Positions 58,501 through 64,000 of a stretch of 64,000 bases of DNA are shown here, piece after piece. The notes beneath the pieces were generated by a model. That model was not told the DNA's origin and did no database searches. It worked only from the letters and a program-made list of their open reading frames with translations. How positions within the stretch are numbered: position 1 is the first letter of the stretch; every line of letters starts with the position of its first letter. Source of the DNA: an uncultured Verrucomicrobiae bacterium (GTDB taxonomy: Bacteria > Verrucomicrobiota > Verrucomicrobiia > Limisphaerales > Palsa-1400); assembly GCA_963702845.1 (NCBI GenBank), contig OY969763.1, forward strand, positions 1,504,001 through 1,568,000, written 5' to 3'. The position numbers and the translations under genes are program-made.

Positions 58501-61500
58501 CTACGTTTGCAAATAGCAGCAGTCCTGCGACGACGGTGACGTTCAGTGCAACTGGAGTCTATGTCCTGCGACTGACCGCCGATGATTCGCTCGCACAGAG
58601 TTCTGCCCAAATCACGATTGTGGTGGACGGCGCACCACTGGTGAGCGCGACGAGTGATTCGCCAATTAATTTGCCAAAAACCGCGACGGTGAGTGCTACG
58701 GTAAGTGATGATGGGGTCCCGGTGGGTGCAACGCTGACGCACGTTTGGACTAAGATCAGCGGGCCGGGCGGAATGAGTTTTGAAGATCCAACGGCGTTGC
58801 AGACCACGGCTTCGTTTAGCCAGTCGGGAACTTACGTTGTTCAATTTTCTGCCAGCGATTCGTTGCTGACGACCGCGACAAATCTGACTCTGCTCGTGAA
58901 CGCGGCGCCGACGGTTAGTGTCAGCACGAATCAGGCTGTGAATTTTCCGAGTAGCGTGAACCTGTCGGGCTCTGTAACTGACGATGGCATTCCGCAGGGC
59001 GCGCCGATCACTATAACCTGGAGTCAGGTGAGTGGACCGGGGACTGTTTCGTTCTCAAACGTTCATTCGACCTCAACCGCGGCGACGGCCAGCGCAGGTG
59101 GCATTTATGTGCTGCGCCTGACTGCCGATGATACGCTCGCGACGAATAGTGCGGACATGACGGTGAAATTTAATCGCGCTCCAGTGGCGCAAGCGCAGTC
59201 GATCAGTGCTTCGGAAGGACAGGCGTCTTCTATAACTTTGTTGGGAGTGGATGCGGACGGTGATGCGCTTCAATTCGTCGTTACGCAACAGCCATTGCTT
59301 GGTGCGCTGACAGGAACCGCGCCGAATCTGGTATACACATCATACGCCGGTGCATACGGCGCTGACAGTTTTCAATTTTACGTGACTGACGGAATGCTAA
59401 CGTCGGCGGTGGCGACGGTTTCGATTCAAGTTACCCCGATTTCACGCGGCCGCACTTACACTCTCAACAGCGATTTCCAAGAGGGTAACATCGTTAATCT
59501 TCAGGCAACCACCGACCAATTGCAGCTGTTGCGGGCAGGAACGGGTTCGTGGACAGTCGTTTTCGATTCAGGATTGCTCAATGCACCATGGGCGGGGTTG
59601 TCGTGGGACGCCCTCGTTCCAAATGATGGCGCTCTTTCGGTTTCTGTCGCGATCAGCCAGGACGGGACAAGCTTTTCACCGCTGCAGCCCATCACGCTCG
59701 AAACCTCTCAACCAAACAACACCGGCCGGTATTTGAAGGTGGTAGTGAATTTTGTTCCAGCAACTTCGGGTGAAAGTCCGACTTTGCAGGACCTGAATAT
59801 TGGGACGGTCGGATGGCCGGTGCCGACGGCGGTTCCGCAGTGGCAAATTACCGCTGGCGATGATATCAGCGCCTTTTGGCCAGACGCGGTGCCATTGAAG
59901 GGCGTGATTTGGCGCAGCCCGCATAACATTGCCGTCAATCCGGCCATTCAATGGTCGCTACTCAGCGGACCGGGGACCGTCACATTTGATAACGCGACGA
60001 ATCTTCAACCGTCGGTTCGCTTCAGCACAAATGGCACCTATCAACTCCGCATTACCGCGAACAACAACGGCGACATCAAGACCGATGACGTGACGATTTC
60101 GACTACTGTATTCAATCGCGCGCCAGTGGTGAATGCTGGACCGAATTTGTTTGTGCATGATTCCACGGGCACGGCTGTAATGCAGGGCAGTGCGAGTGAT
60201 GACGGATTGCCGCTCACAAGCACGCTGAAAATTGCCTGGACGCAGTTGTTCGGTCCTGGGACGACAACGTTTGCCAACTCCAACAGCCCGACCACGTCGG
60301 CCACGTTTAGCACGAATGGCATTTACGTTTTGCAGCTCTCGGGAGATGACGGTCAGTTTGTTACCAAAGCAATCACAACGGTTCGAGTCGGTGTGGTCTG
60401 CACGGTCGATTCTCTTGCTGGGCTTGAAGCATGGTGGCAAGCGAACGGTACTGGCGTTGATGCTGTGAATGGTAACCAGGCAGTTCTTGAGACTGGCGCC
60501 AATTACGCCCAGGGAAAAGTCGGTGGCGCGTTCAATTTCGATGGTGTTAACGCACGTGTCGCGGTTGCCGCTAATTCGCATATTGATCTCGCCAAGGTGA
60601 GCAATCCTGGATTTTCCCTCGAATTTTGGATCAATCCCAGCAGTTTGCTCAACGGCACTGTTTTGGGCTGGACGAATGGAGTTCGGTTCGAACGTGTCGG
60701 CGGAAGCGCGGCCGGAGACACGTTGCGCTTTTATGTCAGTGGAACGAACAGCGGTCAATTTGTGGATTCGGCGCGTAACTGGTCCACCGCAGCAACTCTG
60801 AACAAGTGGTATCATTATGCAGCCACTTACGACAGCGCATCGGGTGTAGCGAAAGTTTACGTTAACGGTGTGCTGCAGAATTCGGCGGTTGTTGGCACGA
60901 CCACCTTGTCGACAAGCGCTGAGTTTTACATGGGACAGGTTGCGGGAGCTGCCGGTGCGTTCAAAGGTCAACTCGATGAAATCAGTTTGTATGGCCGCGC
61001 GCTGGATCCTGAGGAGATTTACAACATCTTCGCTTCCGACGCTGCTGGCAAATGTCCGCTCGATGCCAATCAGGCGCCAGTCGTCGATGCCGGGCCCGAT
61101 TTGTTCCTCAAAGGCATTCCTGCCGCGGCAACTTTGAACGGCAAGGCGCTTGATGATGGGCTGCCGATGGGTTCTTCGTTGCACATCCAATGGAGCAAGT
61201 TAACCGGCCCGGGAACCGTCACGTTTGGCAGTCCGAATTCTGCGGTGACATCGGCGACATTCAGCACCAACGGCGTTTACGTCCTCCAATTGGCGGCTGA
61301 TGACTGGGATATTCTCACGACGAGCCTTGTTGAGGTGCGCGTGGAAACTTTGTGCACGATCGATGACCCGCAAGGGCTGGTGGCCTGGTGGACGGGGAAC
61401 AATAACGATTTGGAAATGCTCCATGGATACGATGCCGTCCAGGGCAGTGGGGAAACCTATACAAACGGCAAAGTGGCTTCGGCGTTCGGTTTCAATGGCA

Positions 61501-64000
61501 CGAACAGTTACGTGTTGGATGCCCGCGCAGAGCAATTACGACGTCGGGTCGAGCGCCGCAGGTTTTTCGCTGGAGTTTTGGATGAACCCTAATTCGTTTC
61601 AGAATTCAGTGTCCTGGGTTGGGCCAATGGTGTTCGTGTGGACCGCATTAGTTGCCGGCAGCGCGGCGGGTGACAGTTTGCGTTTCATTTGTGGGTGGCA
61701 CAAACAGTGGTCAATTTTTGGCTGGCTCAACGTCCGTGGCCGACTACTGCGACATTGAACCAATGGTATCATATCGCGCTCACTTACGACCGCACGTTGG
61801 GACAGGCGAAGATTTATACCAATGGCGTGTCTATTCGCCACTGGAACGGTCGGCAAGCAACGTGTTGAGCACGGCAGGAGATTTTTATCTCGGCCAGGTT
61901 CCCGGTTCGCCCGGGTTCTTCAGCGGCGGCCTCGACGAAATCAGCATTTACAAACGTCCGCTCAATCCTGAGGAAGTTTACAGCGTGTTTACATCGGGCA
62001 GCGCGGGTAAGTGTCCGAATGACGTGAATGACCCGCCGATCGTTTATGCTGGCGCGGATCTGTTCGTTCGCGGTGTTCCGGGAACGGCGACGCTGAATGG
62101 CCAGGTGATTGATGACAAGTTGCCGTTCGGTTCGAGTGTGCGGTCGCAGTGGAGTAAATTCAGCGGCCCCGGCACGGTGACATTTGCTGATCCGAGCGCG
62201 CTAACAACCACCGCGACGTTCAGCACCAATGGCGTTTATGTCTTGCAGTTGACAGCGGACGACGGGGAAGCGCAAGACAGCGATTTGGTCGAAGTGCGCG
62301 TTGAAACATTATGCACCGTGGAACATCCGCAGGGGTTGGCTGCCTGGTGGCCGGGTAACGGAGCGTCGGATGATTTGGTAAATGGCTATCATGCGTTGTT
62401 GGGCAGCGGCACAACTTACACCAATGGCAAAGTGGCTTCGGCTTTTAGTTTCAACGGCGTGAATAACTATGTGTGGATGCCGGCCCAATCCAATTACGAT
62501 GTCGGGTCGAGCGCGGCTGGGTTTACGCTGGAGTTTTGGATGAACCCCAATTCGTTGCAGAACACGAGTGTCCTTGGTTGGGCCAATGGCGTTCGTGTCG
62601 ACCGCACCAGCTCCGGCAGCGCGGCTGGTGACACTTTGCGCTTCTATGTCACTGGCACGAACAGTGGGCAATTTTTGCTGGCCGCGCGTCCATGGGCGAC
62701 TACTGCGACACTAAATCAGTGGTATCACATCGCGCTTACTTACGACCGTGCGTCGGGACAGGCCAAGGCTTATACAAACGGCGTGTTGTTGGCGACGGTA
62801 ACGGTCGGAACCAATGTGATGAGCACGGCAGGAGATTTTTATCTCGGCCAGGTGCCGGGATTGTCTGGATTCTTCAGCGGCGGCCTCGACGAAATCAGCA
62901 TTTATAAACGGCCGCTCAGTCCAGAGGAGGTCTACAATGTCTTCACCTCAGGCAGTGCCGGCAAATGTCCGGATAATAATAACCAAGCGCCGGTCGTCTA
63001 CGCCGGCCCAGATCAGACGCTTTTTCAACCACTAACATGGCGACGCTCAGTGGCTTCGTTAGCGATGATGGGTTGCCAGCCGGCTCCACGCTGCGCATGC
63101 AATGGAGCCAAATTGCCGGTCCGGGCGTGGTGAGTTTTAACAATTCGAATTCAGCGGCAACAACAGCCAGCTTTAGCAGCAACGGCGTTTACGTGCTGCA
63201 ATTGACAGCCGATGACAGCGAGGTGCGGAGCAGCAGCACGATGCAGGTCCGTGTGGGCGTTCCGTGCACTGTTAGCGATCCATCGGGATTAGTTGCATTT
63301 TGGCCGGGCAATGGCACGTCGGATGATGTGATAAATGGCTATCATGCGCAGTTGGGTAGCGGCACAACTTACACCAACGGCAAAGTCGCTTCGGCTTTTA
63401 GTTTTAACGGCGTGAACAACTTCGTGTGGATGCCGGCCCAGACCAATTACGATGTCGGTCCGAGCGCGACCGGTTTTTCGCTTGGAGTTTTGGATGAACC
63501 CCAATTCGTTCCAGAACGCGAATGTTCTTGGTTGGAATAATGGCGTCCGTGTCGACCGCGTCACTTCTGGCAGCCAGGCGGGTGACACTTTGCGCTTCGT
63601 TTTAGGCGGCACGAACAGCGGGCAATTTGTGCTCGGCGCGCGTCCTTGGGCGATTACTGCGTCGCTAAATCAGTGGTATCACATCGCGCTTACCTACGAC
63701 CGCGCATCGGGACTGGCGAAGGTCTATACGAATGGCGTGTTGTTAGCCACGGCAACGATCAGAGGCAGCGTGTTGAGCACGGCAGGTGATTTTTATCTCG
63801 GAAATATTCCGAGCGCGGCTGGGTTCTTTAGCGGCGGACTGGATGAAATCAGTTTGTACAATCGGCCGCTCGCCTTGTCTGAAATTCAGGCGATTTTCGG
63901 TGCAGGCGCTTCCGGCAAGTGCATCACGCAACCGAATCGCCCGCCATTTGTCTTCGCTGGCGGTAATCGCACGATCTATTTGCCAACGAATTCCGTCACG
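55560..64000 (+). CDS. Giant secreted protein: N-terminal GNFGW domain, Big_9-like, PKD/K319L-like and LamG repeats; frameshifted, continues past the window
   Basis: Repeats NxAPVVxAG...DDGLP...WSKVSGPG...GVYVLxLTA and LamG (WYHIALTYD...LDEISIY); ORFs 55560-61592, 61652-63133 and 63037-63540 are pieces of one gene. Confidence 0.88.

Overview
The window looks like genomic DNA from a Verrucomicrobiota bacterium, probably Pedosphaerales/Limisphaerales-like. This is an inference from gene content (TIGR02597-like domain, prepilin H-X9-DG protein, giant Ig/LamG/Calx-beta surface proteins). Several single-base frameshifts suggest long-read consensus errors. 1-6.7 kb: porin, cupredoxin-like protein and hybrid kinase operon, then an mntH-usp/mntR manganese module with two MntR boxes. 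6.7-33.5 kb: large secreted proteins, an S1/P1 nuclease, a YiiX-like amidase and a pilin-RCC1 pair bracketed by a duplicated gene end and a prfC fragment. 34-38.7 kb: MBL hydrolase, Q-rich lipoprotein and two GNAT/FemAB-like genes. 38.9-53.7 kb: a mosaic defence island (3 TIR, 2 FRG, SIR2-TPR, a TNT-like toxin with a homologous small partner). The island also holds attC-like sites, four decayed copies of one terminase large subunit C-terminus, and about ten helically phased 10-11 bp arrays, each with a different unit. Three of these arrays sit inside one conserved-ended element, and most cluster around a lone HTH gene. After that come a sulfatase and a >8 kb PKD/LamG repeat gene that runs off the end. 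The best candidate for an undescribed system is the combination of terminase-end remnants, phased arrays and HTH gene that organises the defence island.
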